In this document: positions 1-8,239 of the stretch, in pieces
Layout of the letters: each line of letters opens with the position of its first letter
Numbering within the stretch: position 1 is the first letter of the stretch
Source: Thermovirgaceae bacterium
GTDB taxonomy: Bacteria > Synergistota > Synergistia > Synergistales > Thermovirgaceae
Length of the DNA: 11,175 nt
Assembly: GCA_046542505.1 (NCBI GenBank)
Contig: JBKHBH010000071.1
Coordinates: 1 to 11,175, forward strand
Reading direction: 5' to 3'
Program-made: the position numbers and the translations under genes
The notes under the pieces: model-generated
Told to the model about the DNA's origin: nothing
The model's input: only the letters and a program-made list of their open reading frames with translations
Database searches by the model: none

Positions 1-1057
1 TGACTGGTGTGTTCGAGACGTTCGTCACCGTGACGGCGAAGGCCGTCTGGTCGTCCCCCGCCGAGGGGGCGATGTCCCAGGCCAGAACGTTTTTCGGTTT
101 TGGGGCGGGTTCCGGCGTGCTTTCGGGTTGCTCCTGGGGCTTCGTTTCCACGACGACGTCATCATCAGGCTTGGGGGCGGAGGGTTTTTCGGGCTCCGGT
201 TCAGGCGTTTCGGCCTGGGCCTGCTGTTTTTCCTTTTCCAGGGCCGCCATTTCCGCTTCAAGCTCCGCCTCGAGGTCGGCCTCCTCTTCGGCTGCCTTTT
301 CAGCCTCGGCCTTTTCCCGTTCCAGGCGCTCCTGTTCGAGGCGCTCGGCCCGGGCAATCTCACGCTCCCGGGCGATTTCGGCGGCCACCTCGGCCTCGAT
401 CCGGATCTCCCGCTGGAGGTTTTCGTAGGTGCGGTCCTTGCCCTCGAGTCCGTATTCGTCGCAGAGGCGCTCGAAGTTCCCCTTGGCCAGGATCATTTCA
501 ACGGCCACGTCGTAGGCCTCGTCCGTGTTGTCGGCGTACCCTTCCTTGATGAGCCAGGTTTCCATGTACCGGAATTCCGCCGCCATGGTGGCCTGGAAGA
601 ATTCGTCCCGTTTCGCCTGAGCCGGTGTCTCGGGCCATTTCTCCACGGGGCCCACCGTCTCGAGCATGGTGGTGTAGATATTCTCGAAGTTCTTCTGGCC
701 CACCCAATTCGCCGCGGTGTCGCCGGCCATCTTGCCCAGGTTCCCGATGGCGATGACCTGCCCGATGGCTGGAGCGGTGTAGCTTATCATCTTGCCCGCC
801 GTGAACTCGCCGAGTTTGTTCGTGGCGCCGGCGAAGTCGCCTTCAAGTACTGCCTTGCCTATGGCCGTCAAATCCTTGGCGTCACCGGCAAGGCCCAAAG
901 TCTGCGGCGAGCTTCCCGTCAGGCCCGTGATGAAGTTGCCGGCGGCCTCGACAGGGTCGGGGGCGATTTCTCCATCCGGCGCTTCCGCCCACGCATCCAA
1001 CGGAGCGGGAAACACTGTCACTGCCAAAAGCAGAAGAAACAGACCGATTCTTTTCAT
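1..1057 (-). CDS. Secreted hypothetical protein, C-terminus beyond the window (signal peptide, E/A/R-rich coiled coil, Pro/Glu-rich linker)
   Basis: Manually translated and absent from the ORF track because there is no stop in the window. ATG at 1057 with AGGAGG at 1064-1069. Starts MKRIGLFLLLLAVTVFPAPLDAWAEA (signal peptide). Frame stays open to the window edge through EIARERE...EAELEAE and TPEPEPEKPSAPKP, ending FAVTVTNVSNTPV. Confidence 0.85.
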   Translation of the reverse strand, partial: MKRIGLFLLLLAVTVFPAPLDAWAEAPDGEIAPDPVEAAGNFITGLTGSSPQTLGLAGDAKDLTAIGKAVLEGDFAGATNKLGEFTAGKMISYTAPAIGQVIAIGNLGKMAGDTAANWVGQKNFENIYTTMLETVGPVEKWPETPAQAKRDEFFQATMAAEFRYMETWLIKEGYADNTDEAYDVAVEMILAKGNFERLCDEYGLEGKDRTYENLQREIRIEAEVAAEIAREREIARAERLEQERLEREKAEAEKAAEEEADLEAELEAEMAALEKEKQQAQAETPEPEPEKPSAPKPDDDVVVETKPQEQPESTPEPAPKPKNVLAWDIAPSAGDDQTAFAVTVTNVSNTPV

Positions 1058-1089
1058 GGCACGCCTCCTGAAAGGGTCTTTGCCCGGGG

Positions 1090-1506
1090 CTACTGGTCGG
1101 ACTGTTCCAGCTTGGTCCACATAAAGACGGTGAGGATCTCCTTTTTTTCTTCTCTGGGAAGTTCACCGAAGTTGACGCCTATTTCCCAGGCATTGTCGGT
1201 GTTTTTTCCCTCTTCAGCCGCCGCCGGCTCTACCCAGGCTATGGACCCCTGGTAGATCTTGTCCTCTCCTTTGGCGTGAAATTTCACGGAGCAGGGATCC
1301 TCCCTGGAATATTCGGGAGCTGTGGGCCCCTCGAAACGCAAATGGACTCCCCCGAGGCTGATGTCCAGGACTTCGGCCTCGGTCCAGGGGCCACCGGATC
1401 CGCGGGCGATACCGGCCCTGGTGTAAAAGGGCGTTCGAACATATTTTCTGAGTTTCGTAAATTCCTCTTCCCGTGCCTGCTCCCGTTCTTTCTCACCTGG
1501 CGCCAT
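1090..1506 (-). CDS. PilZ domain protein (c-di-GMP binding)
   Basis: Both PilZ motifs are present: RxxxR (RKYVR) and DxSxxG (DISLGG), plus C-terminal IGVNF. Start placed at ATG 1506 because the AAGGAG RBS (1515-1520) overlaps the GTG at 1515 used by the track. Confidence 0.85.
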   Translation of the reverse strand: MAPGEKEREQAREEEFTKLRKYVRTPFYTRAGIARGSGGPWTEAEVLDISLGGVHLRFEGPTAPEYSREDPCSVKFHAKGEDKIYQGSIAWVEPAAAEEGKNTDNAWEIGVNFGELPREEKKEILTVFMWTKLEQSDQ

Positions 1507-1720
1507 TACGCTCACTCCTTGTAAAGACTGGGAATACCTGTAGGCATGTTTTTTCCTCCCAAAACCGCAGCTCGCAAGCCCGGCTTCCAGACGAAAACCG
1601 GTGTTGTGTTCACAGCTCTTTTTTTTCGGTCTCTACACACTCTGTAATTATATGTGGAACGCATCAGGCAAACGTTCGAGCCTGGATTGGAGCGTGGCCG
1701 CGAAGGTGGCTTCTCGGCGT

Positions 1721-2008
1721 TCACTTCACCGAGCCGGTGAATTCGAGCCGGGCGTCGTCTCCCTTGATCCAGAAGGTGGTCTCGCCGTCGGTATAGCGTG
1801 CGCCGGAACCCGAAATCGCCCGGGGAAGCTCCAGTGGACCGTCGGGAAAGTAAAGGATCGCCGCGTCTTCGACGAATTCCACGTCGAAGGTAAGACCGTA
1901 GAAATCATAGGTAAACCGCATGTCCTTGTCCTGATTTTCAGCCGCACCCAAAACGGAAGCCGCCAGAAACACCGCCGCAAGCACTGCCAGACCTGTCGCT
2001 TTTCTCAT
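1721..2008 (-). CDS. MliC/PliC family c-type lysozyme inhibitor, secreted
   Basis: Signal peptide MRKATGLAVLAAVFLAASVLGA, family motifs LPRAISGSGARY and FWIKG, and an AAGGAGG RBS upstream. Confidence 0.8.
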   Translation of the reverse strand: MRKATGLAVLAAVFLAASVLGAAENQDKDMRFTYDFYGLTFDVEFVEDAAILYFPDGPLELPRAISGSGARYTDGETTFWIKGDDARLEFTGSVK

Positions 2009-2047
2009 TCCTGCCCCTCCTTCACATTCCGAACCCCAAACCTTTTG

Positions 2048-2161
2048 GGGTCAGGTCTTTACTTTTAGTATTTTCAAGGTCACCCTCGTTCGCCTTCGTA
2101 GCTCTCTGATTTTCCTCAAACCGCAAACCGATGGAAAAGCCAAAAAATAAAGACCTGACCC
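2048..2161. repeat. ~114-bp intergenic element with terminal inverted repeats (REPIN/MITE-like)
   Basis: GGGTCAGGTCTTTA (2048-2061) is the perfect reverse complement of TAAAGACCTGACCC (2148-2161), and imperfect pairing extends to about 28 bp. Same family as the repeats at 9181-9585 and 10523-10798. Confidence 0.8.
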
Positions 2162-2180
2162 TCCTGGTTCTCGAAAGGTT

Positions 2181-3467
2181 TTATCCTTCTTTCCGGTTCC
2201 GTCGAAGCCTGGCCGCCAGGGCGTGGGCCGAAAGACCCTCGTTTTGAGCCATGATTTCAGCCGCAGGTGCGAGTGCTTCGATGCCTTCGGAAGTGATTTT
2301 CTGGTACGTGCAGGTTTTCAGGAAGGTTCCCGCCCAGAGGCCGCCGGTGTATCGCGCTGCTCCCATGGTGGGGAGTGTGTGGTTTGTTCCGGCCACGTAA
2401 TCGCCGAAGACCTCCGCCGATCCGGATCCCAGAAACAGGGCCCCGTAGTTTTTTAAATCCCCGAGCAGGGCTTCAGGGTTTTTTGTGTTGACCTCGAGGT
2501 GTTCCGGCGCCATTTTGTTGGAGTATTCCACCGCCTCCTCCAGGGAACCTGCGACGAGGATTTCGCCTCGGGCATTCCAGGACAGACGTGCCGTCGCTTT
2601 CGTATCGATCTCCTTGAGAAGGCGCTCCGTTTCGTCGGCCACGCGGGCCGCCAGTTCCTCGCTGGTGGTCACCAGGATGCCCCGGGCCTCCGGGTCGTGT
2701 TCCGACTGGGCCAGAAGGTCCGCTGCGACTATTTCCGGATCCGCCGTCTCATCGGCGATAATGAGGACCTCGCTCGGTCCGGCCACAAAGTCGATGCCCA
2801 CCCTGCCGTAAACCTGCCGCTTGGCTTCGGTGACATAGACGTTGCCCGGCCCGACGATGAGATCTGCGGCCGGGATGGTCTCCGTCCCGCAGGCTGCAGC
2901 GGCTATGGCCTGGGCCCCGCCGACGGCATAGATCTCGTTGACTCCGGCGATGTCGAGGGCCACCAGGGTGGCCGCGTGGGGCAGGTCGCTTCCCTTGACA
3001 ACGGGTGTACAGCAGAAGACACGTCTGACGCCCGCCGCTTTGGCGGGAACGGCGAGCATCAGGGCCGTGGAAAAGAGAGGGTACCTTCCGCCCGGGACAT
3101 AGCAGCAGCAGGAATCCGCGGGGATCATGCGATGGCCGAGCCACACTCCAGGACGAAGTTCTCGCAAGGGGAGTTCCTTCACAGTTTCAAGCTGGGCTCT
3201 GGCGAAGTCCCTGATGTTTTCGGCTGCGGTCCGTACGGCCTTCACGAGATCCTTGGGCACGTCACCGTAGGCAGCCTTCACTTCCTTTGCACTCACCCTG
3301 AAGGAGGTTCTGTCGCTTCGACTGAATTTCTTTTCGTATTCGGCGAGGGCCGCATCCTTTCGCTCGGAAACGTCCCGGATGATTTCGGCCACGATGTCGG
3401 AAACACCCGAGGGGGCAAACCAGTCGCGTTTTTTTTGACCCTGGCCGGGCTCCTTGAAATGTTTCAT
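2181..3467 (-). CDS. Histidinol dehydrogenase family protein (HisD/HpsN-like), outside any his operon
   Basis: Motifs YVPGG, GGAQA, GPGN, AGPSE, AQSEHD, APEHL, GDY, GTNHTLPT and EGLxAH (the Zn/NAD site of the HisD family). Start placed at ATG 3467, with GGAG(TG) at 3474-3479. Confidence 0.9.
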   Translation of the reverse strand: MKHFKEPGQGQKKRDWFAPSGVSDIVAEIIRDVSERKDAALAEYEKKFSRSDRTSFRVSAKEVKAAYGDVPKDLVKAVRTAAENIRDFARAQLETVKELPLRELRPGVWLGHRMIPADSCCCYVPGGRYPLFSTALMLAVPAKAAGVRRVFCCTPVVKGSDLPHAATLVALDIAGVNEIYAVGGAQAIAAAACGTETIPAADLIVGPGNVYVTEAKRQVYGRVGIDFVAGPSEVLIIADETADPEIVAADLLAQSEHDPEARGILVTTSEELAARVADETERLLKEIDTKATARLSWNARGEILVAGSLEEAVEYSNKMAPEHLEVNTKNPEALLGDLKNYGALFLGSGSAEVFGDYVAGTNHTLPTMGAARYTGGLWAGTFLKTCTYQKITSEGIEALAPAAEIMAQNEGLSAHALAARLRRNRKEG

Positions 3468-3600
3468 ATCTATCACTCCAATGGTATTTCGTTAAACCGG
3501 CGCAAATGCGACGATACCATAAAATGGCCGCACGGCGGGCCTCCATCGCGAGAGGCACGGTGGATTCGACTTGCGATTTGTTGGATACCTTGTTGACGTC

Positions 3601-3621
3601 AAAGACTTGACCCCGTGGGGT
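3601..3621. repeat. Single copy of the GGGGTC/GACCCC repeat motif
   Basis: AAAGACTTGACCCC at 3601-3614 is near-identical to the arm at 2149-2161. It is followed by GTGGGGT, forming an ACCCC-GT-GGGGT mini-palindrome immediately after the methyltransferase stop codon. Confidence 0.6.
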
Positions 3622-3622
3622 T

Positions 3623-4294
3623 TCAGTGTTTTTCGAGGATGAGGAAAAGGCTCGAGGCGTCGACTTCCTCGATGCGCCAGGGGCAGCCGGAGGAACGGCC
3701 GAGGGCTTCCAGGTCCCCCGGAGCAAAGGTGGTAGCCGTGAATCCGTCCTTGCAGACGATGCGGCCGTCTCTGGTCTTTTCCATATCGATCTCGCCCAAA
3801 AGGCCTTTCCGGGATTGCTCCTGGAACCACTCGAGGCGGTGCTCCCAGAAGCGTCTGCTGTAGGTGCTGAAGAAAGCCCTGCCTCCCGGCCCGAGGGCCC
3901 TGACACTTCGGATGACAAGGTTTTTGGGGTCGCCCTTTATTGCTGACAGGCCGTTCTGGAGGCAGAGGACGATGTGGAATTCGCCGTCGAATTCCATCCC
4001 GTGGGCATCCATGACGAGGAGGCGGCAATTGGGGGCGTCCCGCAGGTACTCCTTCCCGAAACGAACGTTGTCATGGGAAATGTCGATACCCGTCACCGAT
4101 TCGGCGAAGGGGGCCAGGCGCTTCATGATACGGCCGTACCCGGCGCCGAGCTCGAGGATCTTTTCCGACCCGTCAAGGGTCCGGGCGACGAACTCGATCT
4201 CGGCATCCAGGTATTGCCGCACCCTGGGTATCTTTGTCTCATACACCTGCTCCAGCTTCCCTGCGTTGAGCTTTCCGGCGTAGTAGTTTTTCAT
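3623..4294 (-). CDS. Class I SAM-dependent methyltransferase
   Basis: Motif I ILELGAGYG, acidic GIDIS and ALGPGG. ATG at 4294 with a strong AAGGGAGGTG RBS (4301-4310), so the longer start at 4390 in the track is unlikely. Confidence 0.88.
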   Translation of the reverse strand: MKNYYAGKLNAGKLEQVYETKIPRVRQYLDAEIEFVARTLDGSEKILELGAGYGRIMKRLAPFAESVTGIDISHDNVRFGKEYLRDAPNCRLLVMDAHGMEFDGEFHIVLCLQNGLSAIKGDPKNLVIRSVRALGPGGRAFFSTYSRRFWEHRLEWFQEQSRKGLLGEIDMEKTRDGRIVCKDGFTATTFAPGDLEALGRSSGCPWRIEEVDASSLFLILEKH

Positions 4295-4460
4295 CCTGGC
4301 CACCTCCCTTGAATTCCACCCGCCCAGGGCTATCTGGGGGCTTTTTCCTCTCAAGCGGCGTCTCGCGGAATACTCCGATCCTCCTTGCAAACATTATATC
4401 GGGATTTCGCCCCAACCTCCCTTCCGTCAACCACAACGCCGCCCGCATCACGGGTTCTTC

Positions 4461-4489
4461 TTGAAGGAAAAACAGTGAAGGAATACACT
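4461..4489 (+). promoter_or_regulatory. Sigma70-type promoter of the RLP operon
   Basis: TTGAAG (4461-4466), 17-bp spacer, TACACT (4484-4489), about 60 bp upstream of the RLP ATG. Confidence 0.6.
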
Positions 4490-4549
4490 ATAAACTGCGT
4501 GAATGGTTCGGGAAGAGCAATTAACAAAAAAGATGGAAGGTGAAGGTTC

Positions 4550-5857
4550 ATGGATCCTGTTCTGTTTGATTTGCCCGATAATATCGACAGGGACAAATAC
4601 CTCATCGGCACATACTACGTTGCCGGAAAGAGGACCGTGGAATCACTGAAATATGCAGCGGCCCTTGCCGTGGAGCAGAGTACGGGGACCTGGCTCGCCG
4701 TCCCGGCGGAAACACCGGAGCTGCGGGAGAAACACATCGCCCGGGTCGTAGGCGTCTACGAGGTTCCCAACTACTCCTGGGAGATCCCCGAAGATGTCAC
4801 GGAACGTCAGTTCGTCACCAGAATCGCTTTCCCGGTGGCAAATTTCACCGTTCAGTTCGCCATGCTTTTCACCACCGTTCTCGGCAACATCGCCAGCGGC
4901 GGAAAGGTGAAGCTGCTGGACATCGAGTTCCCGAAGTGCTGGCTCGATGAGCTCAAGGGGCCTAAATTCGGCGTTCCCGGCATAAGGGATCTTCTGGGCG
5001 TGCCTGAGCGGCCGCTGGTGAACAACATGATCAAGCCCTGTGCGGGCCTGACTCCCGAAGTTACGGCGGAGCTCGCCTACGAGGTGGCCGTGGGAGGCAC
5101 GGACATCGTCAAGGACGATGAGCTGATCGCAGACGCCGGCTACTCTCCCCTGGAAAAACGGGTTGCCAAAGTCATGGAAGCGCTGAAGCGCGCCAATGAT
5201 GAAAAGGGCGAGAAGACCCTCTACGCCGTCAATATCACCGACAGGGTGGACAAGCTCAAGGAAAACGCCATGCGATGCCTGGACGCTGGGGCGAACTGCC
5301 TCATGGTGAATTTTCTGACCATCGGCCTCGACGGTGTCCGAATGATCGCCGAAGACCCCGACATCAATGTGCCACTCCTGAGCCACCCGGATTTCACCGG
5401 AGCCGTGTACGCTTCACCGGATACGGGCATGAGCGCCGAGCTCATAAAGTCCAAGCTGCCGCGTCTGGCCGGACTCGACATGGGCATCGTGCTGAGCCCC
5501 TACGGCAAGTTCCCCTTGACACCGGACAAGTTCAAGCAGTGCTGCCAGGCCTTTTTGAGCCCCCTCGGGCACATCAAGCCGGCCTGGCCCATGCCGGGCG
5601 GCGGGACGCACCCCGGCCATACGGAAAAGCTCGTCGAGGACCTGGGCAGGGACATCATCATCGCAGCGGGCGGAGCCATGCACGGTCATCCAATGGGGGC
5701 GACGGCGGGGGCGAAGGCCTTCAGGCAGTCCGTGGAAGTTGTCATGCAGGGGGGACACCTGTCCGAGGCGGCCGGAACCTATCCGGAACTGGATGCCGCT
5801 CTCGAAAAATGGGGAGTTGCCGGGGCCCAGAAGGATATTTACGATCTCAAAAGCTGA
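4550..5857 (+). CDS. RuBisCO-like protein (form IV RLP), resembling the Archaeoglobus-type clade
   Basis: EQSTGTW, GN, GPKFG, IKP, GTDIVKDDE (K at 5111-5113), LYAVNIT, YGK and GGAMHGHP. Several residues of carboxylating RuBisCO are substituted (KPC for KPK, HP for HR, PGGG for xSGG). Confidence 0.93.
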   Translation: MDPVLFDLPDNIDRDKYLIGTYYVAGKRTVESLKYAAALAVEQSTGTWLAVPAETPELREKHIARVVGVYEVPNYSWEIPEDVTERQFVTRIAFPVANFTVQFAMLFTTVLGNIASGGKVKLLDIEFPKCWLDELKGPKFGVPGIRDLLGVPERPLVNNMIKPCAGLTPEVTAELAYEVAVGGTDIVKDDELIADAGYSPLEKRVAKVMEALKRANDEKGEKTLYAVNITDRVDKLKENAMRCLDAGANCLMVNFLTIGLDGVRMIAEDPDINVPLLSHPDFTGAVYASPDTGMSAELIKSKLPRLAGLDMGIVLSPYGKFPLTPDKFKQCCQAFLSPLGHIKPAWPMPGGGTHPGHTEKLVEDLGRDIIIAAGGAMHGHPMGATAGAKAFRQSVEVVMQGGHLSEAAGTYPELDAALEKWGVAGAQKDIYDLKS

Positions 5858-5931
5858 CGGACCCGCCAGGACCGAATGGGCGTGACCCTAAAAGCTTGAT
5901 AAAAACTGAATCTGAAAGGGAGGTTTTCAAT

Positions 5932-6774
5932 ATGGCGAAACAGTACACGCGGGACGAGGTTGCCGCGAGGCTGAAACAGACCATCGACAGCGGCAAGCCC
6001 GTCATCATCGCCGGAGCGGGTACGGGGATTTCCGGGAAGTTCGCGGAAAAGGGCGGAGCGGACCTCGTGGGGGTGTACAATTCCGGCCTTTACCGGATGG
6101 ACGGGAACGGCTCCCTCGCGGGGCTCATGCCTTACGGCGACGCGAACCAGATCGTCATCGACCTCGCGCACAGGGTCTTTCCCCAGATTCAGGAAGCACC
6201 GATGATCGCGGGAATCTGCGGGACCGACCCGACCAGGGAGATGCGCCCCTATCTCAAATACCTCCACGAACTGGGCTTTTCAGCGGTCATGAACTTCCCC
6301 ACCGTCGGGCTCATCGACGGGAAATTCCGCAAGGAGCTCGAAAGCACGGGCATGGGGTACGCAAAGGAGATCGAAACGTTGAAGCTCGCCGCCGAGATCG
6401 GCTTTTTCACCCTGGGATACGCCTTCACCATCGAGGAAGCCGCCCTCGTGGGACAGGCAAAGCTCGACGTGCTCATCTGCCACATGGGCCTGACCAAGGG
6501 AGGAGCCATAGGATCCAAGGAAGCCGAGGGCATCGGCCTCGAAAAATGCGCCGAGCTGATTAAAAAGATGACGGCGAAGGCGCGGGAAGGTCATCCCGAT
6601 ATCACGATTTTCTCTCACGGCGGTCCCATCGCATACCCGGAGGACACGGAGTACATATACAAGAACACCGAGTCGGTCGGTTTCCTGGGGGCTTCCAGCA
6701 TCGAGCGCATCCCCGTGGAAAACCCGATTAAAGAAGCGACGCAGAAGTTCAAGAACATCCCTCTGGGAAAGTAA
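5932..6774 (+). CDS. PEP hydrolase family / TIM-barrel protein (PF09370), copy 1
   Basis: GAGTGISGKFAEKGGADL, YNSGLYRMDG.GSLAGLMPYGDAN, GTDP, NFPTVG, HMGLT.GG, HGGPI and GASSIERIP. ATG at 5932 with GGGAGG RBS. Confidence 0.9.
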   Translation: MAKQYTRDEVAARLKQTIDSGKPVIIAGAGTGISGKFAEKGGADLVGVYNSGLYRMDGNGSLAGLMPYGDANQIVIDLAHRVFPQIQEAPMIAGICGTDPTREMRPYLKYLHELGFSAVMNFPTVGLIDGKFRKELESTGMGYAKEIETLKLAAEIGFFTLGYAFTIEEAALVGQAKLDVLICHMGLTKGGAIGSKEAEGIGLEKCAELIKKMTAKAREGHPDITIFSHGGPIAYPEDTEYIYKNTESVGFLGASSIERIPVENPIKEATQKFKNIPLGK

Positions 6775-6786
6775 TCTGGCAGGAAC

Positions 6787-6819
6787 GCGGCGCCCCTTGC
6801 TCGGGCGCCGCCCTTTTAT
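6787..6819 (+). terminator. Intra-operon GC-rich hairpin with short T tract (partial terminator or stabiliser)
   Basis: GCGGCGCCC (6787-6795), 7-nt loop, GGGCGCCGC (6803-6811), then CCTTTTAT. Confidence 0.55.
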
Positions 6820-6870
6820 CAGGCGGAACATCTGAGAAACCGGATCCAAAAAGACGAGGAGAGATACGTG

Positions 6871-8238
6871 ATGTCTGACAAATCGCGAATTATTGTTGCC
6901 GGGATTCTTGATACCAAGGGGGACGAGATCAAATTCCTCGCAGATCGGGTAAAGGCGGCCGGCGGAGAGCCGACGATCCTGGAAATCAGCGTGGGAGACC
7001 AGGTCGGCTGGGCCGATATCGGGATCGACGAAGTCCTGAAGAAAGTAGGCAAGAAGCCGGAAGACGTGTTTTCCCTGGACCGCGGCAAGGCCGCCGATAT
7101 CATTATCGATGCGGCGACGAAGCTGATTCTCGAAATGTATGAAGAGGAAGCCTTTGACGGGATCATCGCCTACGGCGGATCCATGGGGACCAGCATAGCG
7201 ACCTCCCTGATGAGGGCGCTTCCCATCGGCTTCCCGAAACTGATGCTCACCACCATGGCCTGCGGCGACACGAGCCCCTACGTGGGAACCAAGGATATCT
7301 GCATGATGTATCCCATTGCCGAAGCCGGCCTGAACAAGGTGACCCGCATGATCCTGAACAACGCGGCGGCGTCCATTGTCGGAATGGCCCAGGCCCCGTC
7401 GATGGAACACATCGAGGAGAAACCCCTGATCGGCTGCATGATGTTCGGCGTCACCACGCCCTGCGTCCTGCGGAGCTCGAAATTTTTCGAAGACAGGGGC
7501 TACGACGTGATCGTCAACCATGCCGTCGGCAGCGGCGGCCGGTCCATGGAAGAGCTCATCCGCGACGGCCTCGTATCGGGACTGATGGATATCACGACCC
7601 ACGAAATCGGAGATTACCTGCTTGGCGGGGTTCTCAGCGCGGGACCGGACAGGCTGACCGCCGCCGCGGAAAAGGGCATCCCCCAGGTCATCGCGCCGGG
7701 CGGTCTGGATTTGATCAACTTCGGACCGAAGGATACGGTCCCGAAAGAACACATGGAAAAGACCAACCAGCCGGGGAAGGGACTCTACGTCCACAACCCG
7801 ACGGTGACCTGCGTGGGCGTGTCCCCCGACGAAGCGGCCATGATCGCTGAACACATGGCTGAAAAACTCAACAAGGCAACGGGACCCACCGTCGTCTGTG
7901 TCCCCATGAGAGGATGGGGCGCCTGTGACCTCGGCAAACCCGACAAAAAACTCGGGTGGGCGGGCCCCGATCCCGGTCCCGTCTGGCTGTCCGACAAGGA
8001 AAGGCCCGAATGGTCCCTCCGGAGCCGGAAGTTTTTGGACGCCCTGAAAGAGCACCTCGACCTAGACAAGCCGAACCTGGAGATCGTCGTCGTGGACAAG
8101 CATTTGAACGAACCCGAGGTCGCCGACCTCATGTCGAAGATCCTCGAAGAGATGCTCGAGGGGACGTGGAAGAAAGGCAGCCACTCAAACCTGCCTTACG
8201 TTCTTCCCCTGGATGAGGGCCCCGACGGGTGGAGTTGA
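6871..8238 (+). CDS. Tm-1-like ATP-binding domain protein (UPF0261)
   Basis: N-terminal GILDTKGDE, DRGKA, GGSMGT, MRALPIGFPKLM, YVGTKDI, GLN, MFGVTTPCV, HAVGSGGRSMEELI, DITTHE, AGPDRL, PGGLD, HNP and HLNEP. RBS GAGGAG at 6856-6861. Start is ATG 6871 or GTG 6868. Confidence 0.9.
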   Translation: MSDKSRIIVAGILDTKGDEIKFLADRVKAAGGEPTILEISVGDQVGWADIGIDEVLKKVGKKPEDVFSLDRGKAADIIIDAATKLILEMYEEEAFDGIIAYGGSMGTSIATSLMRALPIGFPKLMLTTMACGDTSPYVGTKDICMMYPIAEAGLNKVTRMILNNAAASIVGMAQAPSMEHIEEKPLIGCMMFGVTTPCVLRSSKFFEDRGYDVIVNHAVGSGGRSMEELIRDGLVSGLMDITTHEIGDYLLGGVLSAGPDRLTAAAEKGIPQVIAPGGLDLINFGPKDTVPKEHMEKTNQPGKGLYVHNPTVTCVGVSPDEAAMIAEHMAEKLNKATGPTVVCVPMRGWGACDLGKPDKKLGWAGPDPGPVWLSDKERPEWSLRSRKFLDALKEHLDLDKPNLEIVVVDKHLNEPEVADLMSKILEEMLEGTWKKGSHSNLPYVLPLDEGPDGWS

Positions 8239-8239
8239 C

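Noticed and set aside
1521..1720. c-di-GMP riboswitch upstream of the PilZ gene
   Set aside because: GGCAAAC occurs only on the wrong strand and the rest of the class I/II consensus is absent. Only a lone TATAAT without a properly spaced -35 is visible.
4393..4430. Canonical minus-strand promoter TTGACG...TATAAT for the methyltransferase
   Set aside because: The spacer is 26 bp, which is too long. The -10 may be real but the pair is unsupported.
4550..5857. Bona fide CO2-fixing RuBisCO (rbcL/cbbL)
   Set aside because: The K177, R295, H327 and S379 equivalents are substituted, and there is no small subunit, prk or cbb gene in the window.
5275..5931. 219-aa N-terminal extension of the PF09370 ORF overlapping the RLP
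   Set aside because: It is an Arg/Pro/Gly-rich off-frame reading of GC-rich coding DNA. A strong RBS and family homology both begin at ATG 5932.
6280..8055. 591-aa minus-strand ORF and other long antisense ORFs (128-1255, 2499-3596, 4643-5386, 8129-8920)
   Set aside because: These are shadow ORFs opposite well-supported genes and have no recognisable motifs.
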